A stretch of DNA of 64,000 bases, from NCBI RefSeq assembly GCF_009914755.1, contig NC_060926.1. The stretch is one strand, 5' to 3'. Below, piece by piece: positions 1 through 15,818 of the stretch. The position numbers were made by a program, and so were the translations under genes. The notes below the pieces were generated by a model. The model searched no databases, had not been told where the DNA came from, and saw only the letters and a list, made by a program, of their open reading frames with translations. This DNA comes from the human T2T-CHM13v2.0 reference genome, Homo sapiens. Within the stretch, counting starts at the first letter, position 1. Each line of letters starts with the position of its first letter.

Positions 1-264
1 TGTCATTGCTCTTTCTTTTGTCTATTTCTGATTCCCAACTGTGTAAGTAATTAGGGTCATGAAAATATTAATAGCTATTATTAAAATTAGGGTCTTCTAT
101 CAGATGCATTGCTTCACCCTAATGCCAAGAGAATTTCATTATTTTTAAGCCTCAGATTTTAAGTTTTTTCTTGAGAACTATAAAAGAAAAAATTAAAATA
201 AGCAACACATACTCTCAGTTCTTACTTACAACTGCTTTTATCCATCCTTTGTCATATTCTGCTT

Positions 265-945
265 TGCTTTTTCATACTTTTGCTCATTTTCATTTCTTCT
301 TTTTCCTTTAGGATTCTGTTTGTCTGTGCGTCTCTATCTTGCCCTCCCTCTCTTTTTCTGTTTGACTTTCTGAATATTTGTCTCTCCCTCTTGATTTATC
401 TCATCTCTCCCTCCATCTTCCATTCTCCCTATCCCCACCCATTTTTCTCCCCCTCTCCCTCTACATTTGTCTTTCCTACTTTGTCTCAGTCTGTCTCCCT
501 TTTTTGTTCATCTACCTGGTGTTTCAGGGTGTCTCTCCCTTTCTGACTAAATCTATCTTAATCTCTCTCTCTCTCTCTTTTATCTTTCTACCTCCCTCCT
601 TCCTCTTTTCTTTCTCTTTCTGTCTTTCCTTTTCTGCCCCTCTGACTCTCTCTCCCTGTCTGTTTCAGTATTTCCCATTCTCTGTCTCTTGCTTTCCCAC
701 TGTGTCTTGGTCTCTTCCTGTCCCTATCTGTTAGTCTCTGTCCATCATTCCCTCTTCCTTTGTCTGTTTCTCTATGTGCCCTTCTTTCTTCTCCCTCTCT
801 CATCCTTTTGCTCTTTCTCTCTACCTTTCTGTCTCTGTGTGTCTCCCTGGCTACACCTCTTTCAGTCTCTCTGCCTCCGTCCTTCCCTCTCTTGGCACTC
901 TGCTCCCTTTCCCACCCTACTCCCAGATCTTTCTCTTTTCTGTCT
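265..945. repeat. CT-rich low-complexity polypyrimidine tract
   Basis: About 680 bp of degenerate TC/TCTG/TCCC repeats. Explains the S/L/F/P-rich ORFs at 280-1050. Confidence 0.92.
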
Positions 946-2459
946 AAGCTTCAGTCACACACATTCACTCTGCAAATTTTCATTCTCATACAGGTTTTCA
1001 GTTCATTGGAGCCAGATCTGCACTTAAATTTAAATTTTTTGGTGAATTAATAAACCATTAGATAAAGAAATTAAATACTATATTTTAAATAAACATGATT
1101 TACTGTTTGCTCAGTTTTTTAATTTTGAGAAACTTATGCTTGAGGTCTTATAAGTGGATTGAAGTCATTATTTAAAAATTTTTTGTCTTCTAAAGATATA
1201 TGTGTTAGGCTACTATTAAAGGGAATTATTTTTCTCTTAAAGGATTTTTCCATTAATTTTTAAGATTTATAGAAAGCAATTTAAAATTTTTTCCTTTTAA
1301 GGATACATAAGATAATACCCCACTTCATAGTTATATTTCAGATTATGGGTAAACTTGTATTTAAAACTTGTATTGACTTTTTTATACCATCTGTATTTTT
1401 CAAATGTGTTAACAGCAGATATATGCTAGTATTTTCTTCTTTTGTTTTTAACCTCTTGTTTTGAAATAATTATAGATTTATAGAAAGTTGCGAAAACAGT
1501 ACAGAGAGTATTTTTTAATGTTTTCCTCAAGATTTTGTATTTTGTATCTGAGTATTTAAAATAGAAGAACAGACGCTCATTTAGCATTTACGTGTTTAGA
1601 TAATCACAAACCTAGCAACTGTCATTATATTGTTTTCATTTTGTAAAGCAGATTAAAATACCATTTGATTCAAGCATAGTATATATTAATAGCAGTATGG
1701 CTTTGTCATAACTAGCATAAAGCTATCAGGAAAGAAAATTAGATTTACAAGTAACAAGTTATATATATAAAGTATTCAAGAAGCAAAGAAAGATGTATAA
1801 GATGAAAATCTTCTCAGAGCTGAGTTAAATGTCATTTTCACATACAGCTCTTCCTCCTCTGAAATTATGTAGCATTCCTTGTTTCTGCATTCTTTTGATG
1901 TCTCTCCTGCTTTGTATAGTTTTCATCTCTGCTCTGTGATCCCCCTCTGGTTGTAGGGGACAAAAGGTGGAAATGAAACAGAACCAACAAAATCATCATC
2001 TCTAAATCTTGCCATACTTGCACAGCTGACCAACCCTCCTTCTGATTAATAACTGAGATCTTTAATACAGTTAATATAATTTATTTTTTCCAAACCGAGT
2101 TCCTCTAAGCCCCAGGGTACCACAAAAGTACTTCAGGAAATAGAGAAAAGCCTGAAGCCCAGTTAACACTGCTCTACTCATCCCCACCTTCTCACTTGAA
2201 CAGAGCAAGTTTATATAATAAATATATGTTTCCACAGTTTTAGTTCTCCAGAAGCCTATATATGAATCCTACTTAACCCTTATTTTATATTTTATATATG
2301 TATGTTATAAAGTGACTTGGATAATATATCTGTCACATTATATAATATATATTATGCAAATCTGTTACATTATATAATATATATGATGCAAATCTGTCAT
2401 CTTATAAATATGCATGTCATTTTATTATAATATACATAGATATAAAAAGGGGGTTGTTA

Positions 2460-2645
2460 GCTAGGATTCATGTATAGGCTTCTAGAGAACCAAGCAGTCC
2501 CTAAAAGCATGTGTAAACTGTGAACATACACGTGTGAGTAAGCACATGTGATTGCTGCATTTCTGAGGAGAGGATCCTTGGGTTTAATAAGATTTTCAAG
2601 AGGGATCCTTTCATGGCCCAAAAATAAGTAAGAGTCACTGCTTTA
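2460..2645. mobile_element. hAT-Charlie-type DNA transposon fragment
   Basis: Ends ...aaaaataagtaagagtcactgc, resembling the hAT-Charlie terminus. Subfamily not assigned. Confidence 0.5.
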
Positions 2646-4149
2646 TAGTGTTTATAAATCATTGCTCAATATGCTTTGTTAATTTTAAATTTTCTCTCTT
2701 TTCATTTTCAAATGCTTAGAAAGTTATGTAGTACCTCTACAATAGCAGACACATCAACAGAGATCACATACAGTTTTTGGAAGTAGTTTGAAAATATACA
2801 GTGACTGATTACTAGGCACATCAGATGTCAGACTTCAGCTTGGGGTCACTAGAGAGAGAGAGCAGAACATTTTTTTATTCCAGTACTTTCAGAATGCTGG
2901 CTAAACCACAGCTTTCCTTAACAGGTAGAAAATGAATGACAAAAAAACTGTATGCCCCCTTGAGCTCCAATGAGACAATTGTAAAGAAACCCATGGGTTA
3001 AATATGAATAACTACTAAAACAATTTGATGTGGTAGACATAGCTAGGAAATAAAGCCACAAAAAAATAAAATCTGAAATGCATTAAACCCATTGAATTTT
3101 TGTGTTTTGTGCAAAGCCATAGGAAGTTGAGCCAATTAAATTGGACAGGTACTTTAAAGAGAAATTATATCTGCTAGCTCTACATGTATAGTATGTAGTG
3201 TGAACTATGAGAGATTGTGAGCTTTTTAGCAGTGTTCACCCATGCCCAGCAGCAGCACCTTCAAGCTGTAAAATTGTTTGCACTTTGTTGTACACATCCT
3301 TTTATAGAGTATGAAGGCAGATGATGGCAACTGAAAGACAGCACCTGTTCTGCCTCAAGCTGTTTTTAAGCTATTTTTACTGGCCACAAAATGCTCTTTG
3401 ACAGAAAGAAGAAATCAAACGTTTTCTAGCCTTTTCCTTCTAACATAATCCTTAGGTGCTTTCTTGAGAGAGGGCTGTGATCCTTTGTTAGAAAAAAATG
3501 TAGTTGGCAATTCAAGAAATAAAGGGTGGCACATTAGTAGTTATGAAACTGAATGTCTACCAATTGTAACCTAAATTAAAATCCTATAAAGGAAACAGAT
3601 TTTTTGGTGTAGGAAGGAAATGGGTCATGTTAGATCTACCAATTCAACTGCTAGAGAATGTGAAGTTTCACATTTTAAGCCATCAAAGAACCATTGGGTG
3701 GGTTAATGTGCCAGGAGCCCAGCGTGAATTTTGCTAAGATTCTTTGATAATAAGCTTTGTACCTTTAAGACCTGTAAAGGATTTTCATTGTGACCCTATA
3801 ATAAAAATGAAATGTTGGTCATGGGTAAAAAGTATATAGAGATACATTCATTTAGTTATATATTAGTAGGGTAGAGAAAAATATATCAAGCGAAATCGAA
3901 TTTTGAAAGCATGAAGAAAATACCACATCAAAGTCTAGCTAAAATACGATAAGACTGAGGGTTTCTTATAAATAGTCCAACACTTGCCAAAGTCTGTGTA
4001 AAGCAAATGCCTACTCATTGATGGCATTCTGAATGGCTAAATTTTAGAAACCAAGATTATGCTCATAATGATGTTCACCTTATGAACTGCCAACATTATC
4101 ATGCTATGAACAAAGCACAAAACACATTAAAGAATATAACTTAATGAGA

Positions 4150-4849
4150 CTAAGTTATGCACCCACAATGACTTTTGACACTAATGTGCAGTTAGGCCAG
4201 ACAAGTCCTACACAAGACTGCCCTCACTTCAGCCACTGGGCCACCCTGCTGATCAGCTGGCTACAAATTTGGAGGTTCCCTCAGACTTAATTGACTAGAA
4301 TAACTCAAATTACACTCAGCATTAGAGCTTTATTGTACCAAAAGAATACAAACCAGAACTAGCCAAAAGGAAAGACACACAGGGTAAGGTCTAGGTGAGT
4401 CCCAAATGCAAAGCTTTTGTTCTCTCCCCATGAGGTCAAGATGTATTGTCTTTCCTGCACATTGGCGTTTGTTAATTTGCAGACAATCAGGGAGGCTCAC
4501 CCAAGCTTCAGTGTTCAGAGTTTTTATTGGGATCTCATTACATTGGCATGATTAATTGAATCATTGGCCATGCAATTGAATTCAATATCCAGCCTCACTT
4601 CCTTCCTTGGAAGTCAGACAGTTTATCACATTCCTCAAAGCCCCAACTTTCTAATTAACATGTTTAGTCTTTCCAGCCAGTCCCCATCTGGAATCACCAT
4701 CTTAACATAAACTATATCATAGTAACCTCATTAGCATACATTATCAGGACCCACCATGAATGACAAAGACATTTCCATCAGTCCAGAAATTCCAAGAATT
4801 TAGAAGCTGCCTACTAAGGACAAAGGTCAGCCAAATTTTCCATTACACA
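4150..4849 (-). mobile_element. MER21-family LTR fragment
   Basis: caagactgccctcacttcag is the reverse complement of a motif in the 38035-38890 LTR. Right end ...ttacaca gives the TG terminus on the - strand. Confidence 0.7.
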
Positions 4850-5269
4850 ATATCTTATTTTCCAATTATTGATAATGTCTTTGGTGTACCCTATGTGGGA
4901 AGTAATTTACTTTTATGGTAATTATATGTGAGATAACTCCGAGGTCAAGACTGAGTGAGTGATCTTTCTCCTTCTGACCACTTCCCTTTAGCTGATTTTG
5001 TACCTTAAAAGCATCTCTAAACAGATCACTTTTGAAAGAATGAATGATTTTTTGAAAAATGAATTGTAAACAATCCAGTATGGAAACAAACAAAAAAAAC
5101 TATGTTTTCTCTTACATGCCTGTTATCTTAAGCTCTCCTCTCACATCCTTATTATCCATAGCTCAGTTTCCAGGAATCCAAACCTTTTGAATGTTCTTTG
5201 CTGTTTATTTCTCAAAGCATGACTAGATGGTAATACCAGTTTGGGTTTTTTTTTTCCTCCATGTAGTTT

Positions 5270-5746
<477 letters not shown>

Positions 5747-6227
5747 CTGTGTGTAGTCTTTAAAAGAGATTTTACCTCATGCCAATCAGATCATATTACA
5801 CCCTGAGTTATTTATTTCAGTCCTGCATTTAGCACATACATGGGGAGCTCTCAGTATAACCCTGGACTATGGTAGGTTCAGAATTAAGGCAAAATACATT
5901 TTACCCTCACTAGCACTATATTAGGAGGTCATTAACTTCAGGTTTAGAGTTACATTAATGGCCCTGACTTTCTTGCATTGTCTCTTACCTATATCTGCCA
6001 ATATCTAAACCCCTTTAGAATCTCACCAGGTTATCCCCAGGATTATCCAGGATCTCCTCATGAGCTCAAGAACAGCCGTTTCATGATCTTCCAGTTTTGT
6101 CTTTCTCTGGCCCACTGCCCACTACCATTTTGCTAGTGTTTGCCACGAATTAGCTCATGTCCATGCCAAAGGTTGTATCTCTTAGTGTTCCCAACATGTT
6201 TAGTCTTCAGGGTACCATATTCTCTAG

Positions 6228-6546
<319 letters not shown>

Positions 6547-7049
6547 TTCTCTAGAATTTTCTATGTACCAGCACCATGCCATCCTCAGAGAAGTTAGGCA
6601 AGCCATTCACCCGCTTCTGTGGTGGGCTTGGTCACCTGGGCACCAGGAGCTGCTTGTCTCCCACATCTCCCCTGCTTTGGTTCTCCAGTGAAAACACTTC
6701 CTTTAGCTTTTGCTTTCATTTAAACTAGGATCACTGCTACATTAAGATATATGTATAGTTCTTTTAGTACTCTAGCATTCCTAATTTCCAGCTTTTTATG
6801 TATTGATTTGGCATTTTAAATTACGTTTCTTAAGCTACTATACCATACAGTGATAAAAAGTCAGATCTGGAAATGGCTGTGAAAAAAACATTTAGCCTAT
6901 TATATAGCCAAGTAGCATCTGAGCTTTCTCATTTGCATCACTCTCACTCATTACAATGCCCTCAGTCAAAGAATTAGAGATACCCCCAGTCTTGTAGTTT
7001 ACAGACTTCTCCTTAGAAGGACTGTGCCAAAACAGTCCTGAATGTTCGT

Positions 7050-8330
7050 GTTGGCCTTAATGAACCACCCCTTAGTGACTCAGTCACCATTCTCCACAAG
7101 CCCTACAGCCATCCCGGCTCCCTCTCTTCTAGCAAATAGGTTCGGGGTAAAAAAGAAGAAATTTATTAGGTATGAATTCCCTCCTTTTCCTGCCACATTC
7201 CCTTCAGTATCTTAGGATAATGTATACATTTCAGGCTTATTCACCAGTTTGTACTTCTGATTACATTTTCTCATTTCATCCACTTCTTCAGATTTTCCTT
7301 CTTATTACCTTTCTTCCCTCCTAAACCTCTAGCCTCTCCCCATCTTTCCTTACTGGCTTCTGTGGCCTACACACTTTTTCATTCTGACAACCTTCCTCTA
7401 ACTTCGCATCTCCTGGTAACTTTATTACCAAATCATGTATACTCATTGTGATCTTCCACTTTCCTCCTCAATCCTTAAGGGTTCAGTGTTCCCTAGGGAT
7501 TCTACACCCCCCCCCCTTTTCAATGAAGGCTTGTGGGCAACTTCATTAACATTGATAACTCAAAACTTCAATCTATATAGTGATTCTCCACCAAATAAAT
7601 AACATTAGCTGACTTCTTTCCTGAGCTCCAAGTCTATATATCCAATTTTCTGTTAGATTTCTCCACCTGAATGTCCTGAAGATACCTTAAAATTAACTGT
7701 AGGCAAAACTGAAATCATCGTTCTGCCATCAAATCCATTTTCCTCCCAGATATATTTCCTATATTTAGTGGTAGCAAGCACTACCTGCACCTTCAGTGTG
7801 TCCTCTCATAACTCTTCCAGCTCTCACAGCCCTTACCTTTTCCCTGACCACTCATGTATTGAATTGGCTTCCCCCAGTTAGTTACTTGCTATTATATTAA
7901 TCTATTCATTTCTACATGGAGTACAGGTAGTGGCTGATACCAAGGGCTCTGGAGCCAACACTACCTGAGTTCATATCTTAACTCTACCCCTTACTAGTCT
8001 TGCTACTTTGAAAAAGCTGCTTAATCTTCCTCTGCCTCAGCTGCAAACTATGTAATACTGCTTTTATGGGGATTAAATGAATTAATACACTTAAAGCATT
8101 GGGAGTAGTGCTTAGTAAATAATAAATAACTCTTTAAGGGTTTGCTGTTAATATTACCAGTTTCACAGCACATATTGCAATCAGTTATTATCTTGTATAT
8201 TTTGTCTCTGCACTAGAATGTAAGCATTTTAGGTTCTAGGATCCCATCTGCTTGGTTCACTCATGTATCCCTATTACCTAGAACAGTGCTCTGTACATAG
8301 TATCCAGTCTGGAGATTGAGTGAATGGAAT
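7050..8330 (-). mobile_element. Degenerate L2 with an embedded MIR (about 7915-8150)
   Basis: L2 motifs (tcctgagctccaag..., ctagaatgtaagc..., tgagtgaatg) and MIR core. Confidence 0.65.
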
Positions 8331-8443
8331 ATCTTTTCTCCTTTTCAGCTTTCACCTTTTGATTCTTTGTCTAAACCCTAGTCACTTTCCATCAAAACTT
8401 TCATTTTGTTTGCTAGAACAGGGTTAATCTATATTGTAGCTAA

Positions 8444-9540
<1,097 letters not shown>

Positions 9541-11049
9541 TTGTCTTCCCCATTTCTCCACTCAGAATGCAGCACATTCGTGTAACACCTTGCCTCTCCA
9601 TATAACTTTTTCCCTAAAAGTAATTTGTTTCATATAGTCTTACAAGACTCCACTAATTATTCTCTCTCATTCTTCAACTACCAAAAGTCTTTCCTTCTTG
9701 CTTATAATGTCCTCCTAAAATTATTATTTATATTTGTTGGTAAGTGTCATCATTAACCTCTTCATGGTTTAACGAACTCTTTTAGGTCAAGGGAGTTCAT
9801 TCTCTTTACTCTTTTTAAATGTAACTGATATTCATTAAAGCTATAGTGCCTTCTGTGGTTATTTGGTAAATTTTTGTTAAATGACAGTAACTGTTTACAA
9901 ATCACATGCACATTTAACATTTTGAAATGTCAGTGCTTATATTCTTGTTCAAGTGACTGACAAAGTGACTGCAAATGTGAATTTCCACTATTTCTAAATA
10001 GAGCATAAACAGTGCTCTTCGCCTTTCTTTCTAGAGGCATTTGAACAATTTGGTTGTGCCAATTTATAACCTCAGGGAGAACTTGATATGGGTTGCTTTT
10101 GTGCATTTGATTTTCTTTATAGATGTGCCTGCTTGGTTATATTTCTGTCTCTAAGAGAAAAAACATAACATCTTATCTAATGAAACGGGATTGGATAACT
10201 AGATAGTGATAAGGAAGCAACAACCCTTTTTTTTGGGCTTTGCCAAATTCTGTTCAGATAACATCAATAATGTAACTCTTTTTCCCCTAAATATTTTTGT
10301 GAAGAATATTTTTACCTATAGGAGCGAGATTTCTTTCCCACATATAAATTAACTTAAATGATTTTTAAATATTTTGTTAACCTAGAGTAAATTGACTTTT
10401 GTTGTGTGAAATTTGAGTATTTATTGTTGGGGCTACCGAAGTTTCCAGTTCTTTTGTGTTGTGAAACCAAAACTTAGACCCCAAGTATAATAAGTGATAT
10501 TTTGAATTGTCAGTGTCAGTATTGCATTTTTGTTGTTAATACTTCTAACTAAAATTTTCACTAGAGAAACTACTTGTCTTTAGACTTCATATATACTAGT
10601 TTGCCTTTGAAAGTGTTGATCCTAATTCTGCCTTGCTTTGTTTCATAGAGGAAGGTACTTAACCATGCATATTTATCATTTGTAAGCTACTGCCTTCTCA
10701 TTGTTCCTTAGCCACAAACTCTGAATCCTTATTGCCACCCAAGTTTGCATAGTTGGTACTCATCATCACAGGCGATAGGAGGATTGAGAGAAAGAAACAA
10801 AATGGTTATATAATTCCTGGCAGTTCTGATAGTTTGGTAGTGATTACTCCTGGTGACCATTAATACAAAGTTAATAGTACTATCTTCTTGTACACACACA
10901 AAAAATACATAGCTCCTCTTCATGTGAAAAGAATAAGTTTACTTTGTCTTAAGTCCAGTACAAAGGAGTTACCATGTCATAATTACTCTTGAAATGAAAG
11001 TGCTCCGTAAACACAAATTGCCCCTCTTCTTGGTACCTACAGATGATGA

Positions 11050-11690
11050 TACAGTATTGCGGGTAAGAGCCTGAAATGGAGCACTAGTCTGTCCAGTTCA
11101 AATCCTGTTTTCCATACTTACTGGCTGTGTGATGTTGGACAAATTACTTGATTTTTCTATCTGCCTTAGTTTCCTAATCTGTTGTAGGACAGAGTGATAA
11201 TAGGACATACTTCTTAGAACTGTTGTGTGAGTTTTAAATGAATTCATTATGAAAAATATTACCACAGGGCCAGGCACATGGTAAATATATGTATTAGTAT
11301 TTGGTTTTGATGGTAGTTGTTTGTATTCTTTTTTAGCTTACCTGTTCCTGTCATTCCCCCATCCTTTTCTTTCCTTTGATTTATAAGACCTTCTTTGCTT
11401 TCAACATTTTGACCCTTTCATGTTGGAAATAGTTCATATGTATCATCTGCCTTTTGTTTATGTTCTATTTTATTATACAGGAATTTTAAAACTTTGTTCT
11501 AAGTTTTATAACTATTTACCTTTAATGGCTTCTAGATTTTGGTGTCACACTTGGGAAGGACTTTCCCACCCAAAAATTATAAAAAGATTTCCTATATATC
11601 CTTGTGCATTCATAGTTTTACTTTTTTAAGGTTATGACCTTTAATTTTACCTGTAATTTCCTTTCATTTATGGTTTCAGGTAAGTGCCAT
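11050..11690. mobile_element. MIR (about 11050-11290) plus old L1M fragment (about 11340-11690)
   Basis: MIR core ttcaaatcctg...ctgtgtgatgttggacaaattactt; degenerate L1 reverse-strand motifs. Confidence 0.6.
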
Positions 11691-12279
11691 CCTTTTTGTG
11701 CATATGTAAACATACATGTGGCGTTTCTCTGGTTATCTACCTGGTAGCACAGGAATTATATATAAGCACATCTCTGACTTGTCCCTAATAAATAGCATGT
11801 TGACAATTAGAATTTTTTTTTTGAAGTTGAATATGAATTTTGAGCTCATATATCCATCTCTCTTAGGTTGACAAAGATTCTGAAAAATTCAGTTTTTAAA
11901 TTTCAGTAATAGTAGGAACTGAGATATATACTTGAATGTCTATATTTTGTTCATTTTTTTCTCTAAGTTGTCTTCCTAAATTTTGTAAGTTCCTAAGTAT
12001 CTTTCACTTACTGTACAACTATTTATTATATTAAGACAGTACATTTAATGGACTTCTAAATGTTGTGTTAGAGACATGATGTGCCATGTCTATCTTGTAG
12101 CTTTCTATACTTGACACCCACGTGCCCACACAACCTTTGGCAAACTGAGAAGTGTAGGCTTCATGGGTTTACCAAAAAGGGGTTTGTTTTTGTTTTTCCA
12201 GTGAGTACCAAAAGCTGAAACATCCCTTTTACTTGAAGATTTGGAGAGGGAAAACATTTTTATATCAAACAAGTTCATT

Positions 12280-12580
12280 AGCTGGGCAAAGTGGCTCACA
12301 CCTGTAATCCCGGCACTTTGGGAGGTTGGGACGGGGGATTACTTGAGCGCAGGAATTTGAGACCAGCCTGTGCAAAATAGCAAGACCCCGTCTCTACAAA
12401 AACAATTTAAAAATTAGCTGGGCATAGTGGTGGGCACCTATAGTCGCAGTTACTCAGGAGGCCGGAGTGGAAGGATAGCTTGAGCCTCAAAGGTCAAGGC
12501 TGCAGTGAGTCAGGATTGTGCCACTGAACTCCAACCTGGGTTACAGAGTGAGACCTTGTCTCTAAAAAAAAAAAAAATTA
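12280..12580 (+). mobile_element. AluJ
   Basis: Diverged full Alu with A tail. Confidence 0.92.
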
Positions 12581-12626
12581 AAAATTAAACTAGTGCATTA
12601 ATATTTTGGAGAAGAATACAAAGTTC

Positions 12627-12632
<6 letters not shown>

Positions 12633-12657
<25 letters not shown>

Positions 12658-12772
12658 GTAGAGATAGGGTTTGCTATGTTGCCTAGGCTTGTCTTGAACT
12701 CCTGGTCTCAGTGATCCTTCTGCCTCCACCTCCCAAAGTCCTGAGATTACAGGCCTGAGCCACTATACCCAA
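12633..12772 (-). mobile_element. Alu monomer (FLAM/AluJ half)
   Basis: Poly-T then left-arm sequence in reverse. Confidence 0.88.
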
Positions 12773-12989
12773 CAGTTTGTATGAATTTTTAATATTCAAT
12801 TAGAAGCCTTCAAATGAGAGCCATACACAAAAATGCTAAGCCGCTTGTACACAGTGTTAGGCCTCCTGTCAGTCTACTGCTGTGTAGTGGTAGGGGTCAG
12901 GACACAGCAAATTTAGGCTCAGCCAACTGCTGATCTAAAGGGATTCTGACCAGAGAAGACAGCTAACATTTTTGGAGGGCCTGCCCTGG

Positions 12990-13170
12990 GAGAGAGGCTG
13001 TGGTCCGTGCTCTACATTTAAATCAGTCAGTCCTCACAACAAACCTAGAAGCTAGATATTCTTTTTTCCACTTTGCAGATCAGAAAACTGCAGCTCAGAG
13101 AGATTAAGTTATTTACCGAAAATATAACTGGCAGAGCTGGGATTTAAATTATCGTCTAATGCTAGTGCAC
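12990..13170 (-). mobile_element. MIR
   Basis: cctcacaacaaacct...ttgcagatcagaaaactgcagctcagagagattaagt. Confidence 0.75.
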
Positions 13171-14206
13171 TTCCCTTTCTATTGCCATTTCTATATGCCA
13201 TTGACTCCTTCCCAGGCAATAACTGGTCATTTTCATTCTGAATCATTCATTATTTAGTCTGTTATCAAATGGTGTGGCATATTACCAAGTTTTGGTCACA
13301 CATACTGGTTGTGTGACTTTGAAGAAGTCATTTGACTTCTAGGCAATAATAACTTGAATGCTGAATTACAATATTGGACTAGGTGGTCTCTCAGGTTCTT
13401 TGGGGTTTCATGGAACCTTGGGATCCTAAGAGGATCTTCTAAGGTGTTCACCTCTTCGGTTTTGCCCCTTCCTCACTCTCCCCTGCAGCTATTGCCTTAT
13501 CTAGTACCTTATTTATTTCTTAAATGGATTAAAAACCTTGCTTTTATGGAATTACAAAATTAAGAGATTCATGATAAAATTGTAAAGTCACTTTACAAAG
13601 AACACAAATAATTTGGTTGCTTAGAGAATGCTGCCATCTTGTGTCTACCATTTTATGAGATAAAAAGCTAAAATGGAGAAAAAATACTTGAAGGATTTTT
13701 GTTTTGTTTTGTTTTTGGTGGAACTTAATCATTTGATGTAGTGGCTGGAGAATCTTGGTCAGATTGAGATGACACGGTATCAATTAAAAGTTTTTTGATA
13801 TTTGTTTTTGATACCCCCTTTTCTATTATCCTTGTGTCAAACATTGTGAAATCAAAATGTGAAAAGTAATGTAAGGATATATCGGGTTCCAAGTGATTGT
13901 ATTTCAAAATGGTTTTTGAAGAGTTAGTATAAAATGTGAGTTACTCTATAATGCATGCTTGGCTGTCTTGGTATTAGGTCTCTTGGTGCTTAGATCTCAT
14001 TATATGCATATATGTATGCTTAGCTATTTCACCTTAAAATGTACTATTCTGTTTATTGACAGCAAAATTGTCAAAGGACAATGGAAGAGGTAAATAATCT
14101 TTTTAGAGTTGTTTACTTGCTAGGCTATATTCATTCATACCGAATAAATATAAAATAAAACCGACTTCAAAAATATAACATGGAGAAAATTTTGTATTTG
14201 GGGATT

Positions 14207-14491
14207 TTTGTTTTGTTTTGTTTTGTTTTTGCTCTGCCATCCAGACTGGAGTGCAGTAGCATGATCATAGCTAACTGTAACCCCCAACTAAAGCTATTCT
14301 CCCACCTCAACCTCGCAAGTAACTAGGACTGCAGGTGCACACCCCTACACCCAGCTAATTTTTTAATTTTTGTAGAGATGGGGTCTCACTGTGTTGCCCA
14401 TGCTAGTCTTGAGCCCCTGGCCTCAAGTGATCCTCCTGCCTTGGCTTCCCAAAGTGCTGGGATTATAGGCACAAGCCACTGCACCCAGCCA
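14207..14491 (-). mobile_element. AluJ
   Basis: Diverged Alu with (GTTTT)n tail. Confidence 0.9.
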
Positions 14492-15028
14492 ACTTTTTTT
14501 TTTTTTTTTTTTTTTAGAACAGACAATGTGGGTTTCATTAAAAATGTTAAATGGCTTGTTATTTTTGTTTTATTTTTTCTTTTGTATTTTTAAAAATCTA
14601 GAATGTTATTACGGTTCAAAATTACAGTCTTAAGTCCATAGAGTTACACAGCTCTAGAAGAGAACTCTAAAAATGATGGTTCTTGGAGTTAAAGTGTTTC
14701 TGATTATGATCTTTTTTCTCTCTCTTTATCTATAGATACTGTCTCAATTATAACCCTGACTGCATTGTAGCTTCTCAGTACATATCATTTTCTTTCCTCT
14801 TCTCTCTTCTGCTTTTAACTAATCAATCCTCTCGGCCTCAGTGACTTATTCAGGTTCACAAAGCTAATATATGTTAGAATTCATTGTTACTCAGTGTTCT
14901 GACTTTCGTTTAGGAAAATAATGTAATAAAACAACTGACAGTAATATTTTTAATTTCTCAGTTTCATGTGGAGTGTTCCATTTCCCTTGGCCATTTTGTT
15001 AAAATGGTTTCTTTTGTTTTCATTTTAG

Positions 15029-15237
15029 GCCACGGAAAGGTATGATATATTTGATCCAAGACAGTCCATTCCAGTCCGGGAATCTACAGTGGTGACAAGG
15101 ACATGGGACTCCTCCTGCCAGATTACAGATGGTTCACTACAGTTGACATCCTGGCTGACAACTGTGAAAAAGAACCTTGGATTATTTTATTTTATTTTTG
15201 TGGGACACCACAATCCCAAATCCAAAGGACGCATCAG
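15029..15237 (+). other. R3HDM1: Non-coding 5'UTR exon (209 nt)
   Basis: Long pyrimidine tract ending ttttag (AG 15027-28) and donor CAG|gtaatg. Unique, non-repeat sequence upstream of the ATG exon. Confidence 0.85.
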
Positions 15238-15394
15238 GTAATGCTTCCCTGTCATTCAGAAAAACATATTTTTCTTACAAAATCTCACCTATAAAAAGCA
15301 AGAAGCCAGTGTCTTAAGTAACTTCACCACCCTCTCCCTACTTTGCAGCTGTTTGTTTTCGGAATGAACCAATTAACTTTTGTATGGGTTATAA

Positions 15395-15818
<424 letters not shown>

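Noticed and set aside
280-1050. Five ORFs of 71-118 aa
   Set aside because: By-products of a CT-rich tract that lacks stop codons; S/L/F/P or R/E/G composition only.
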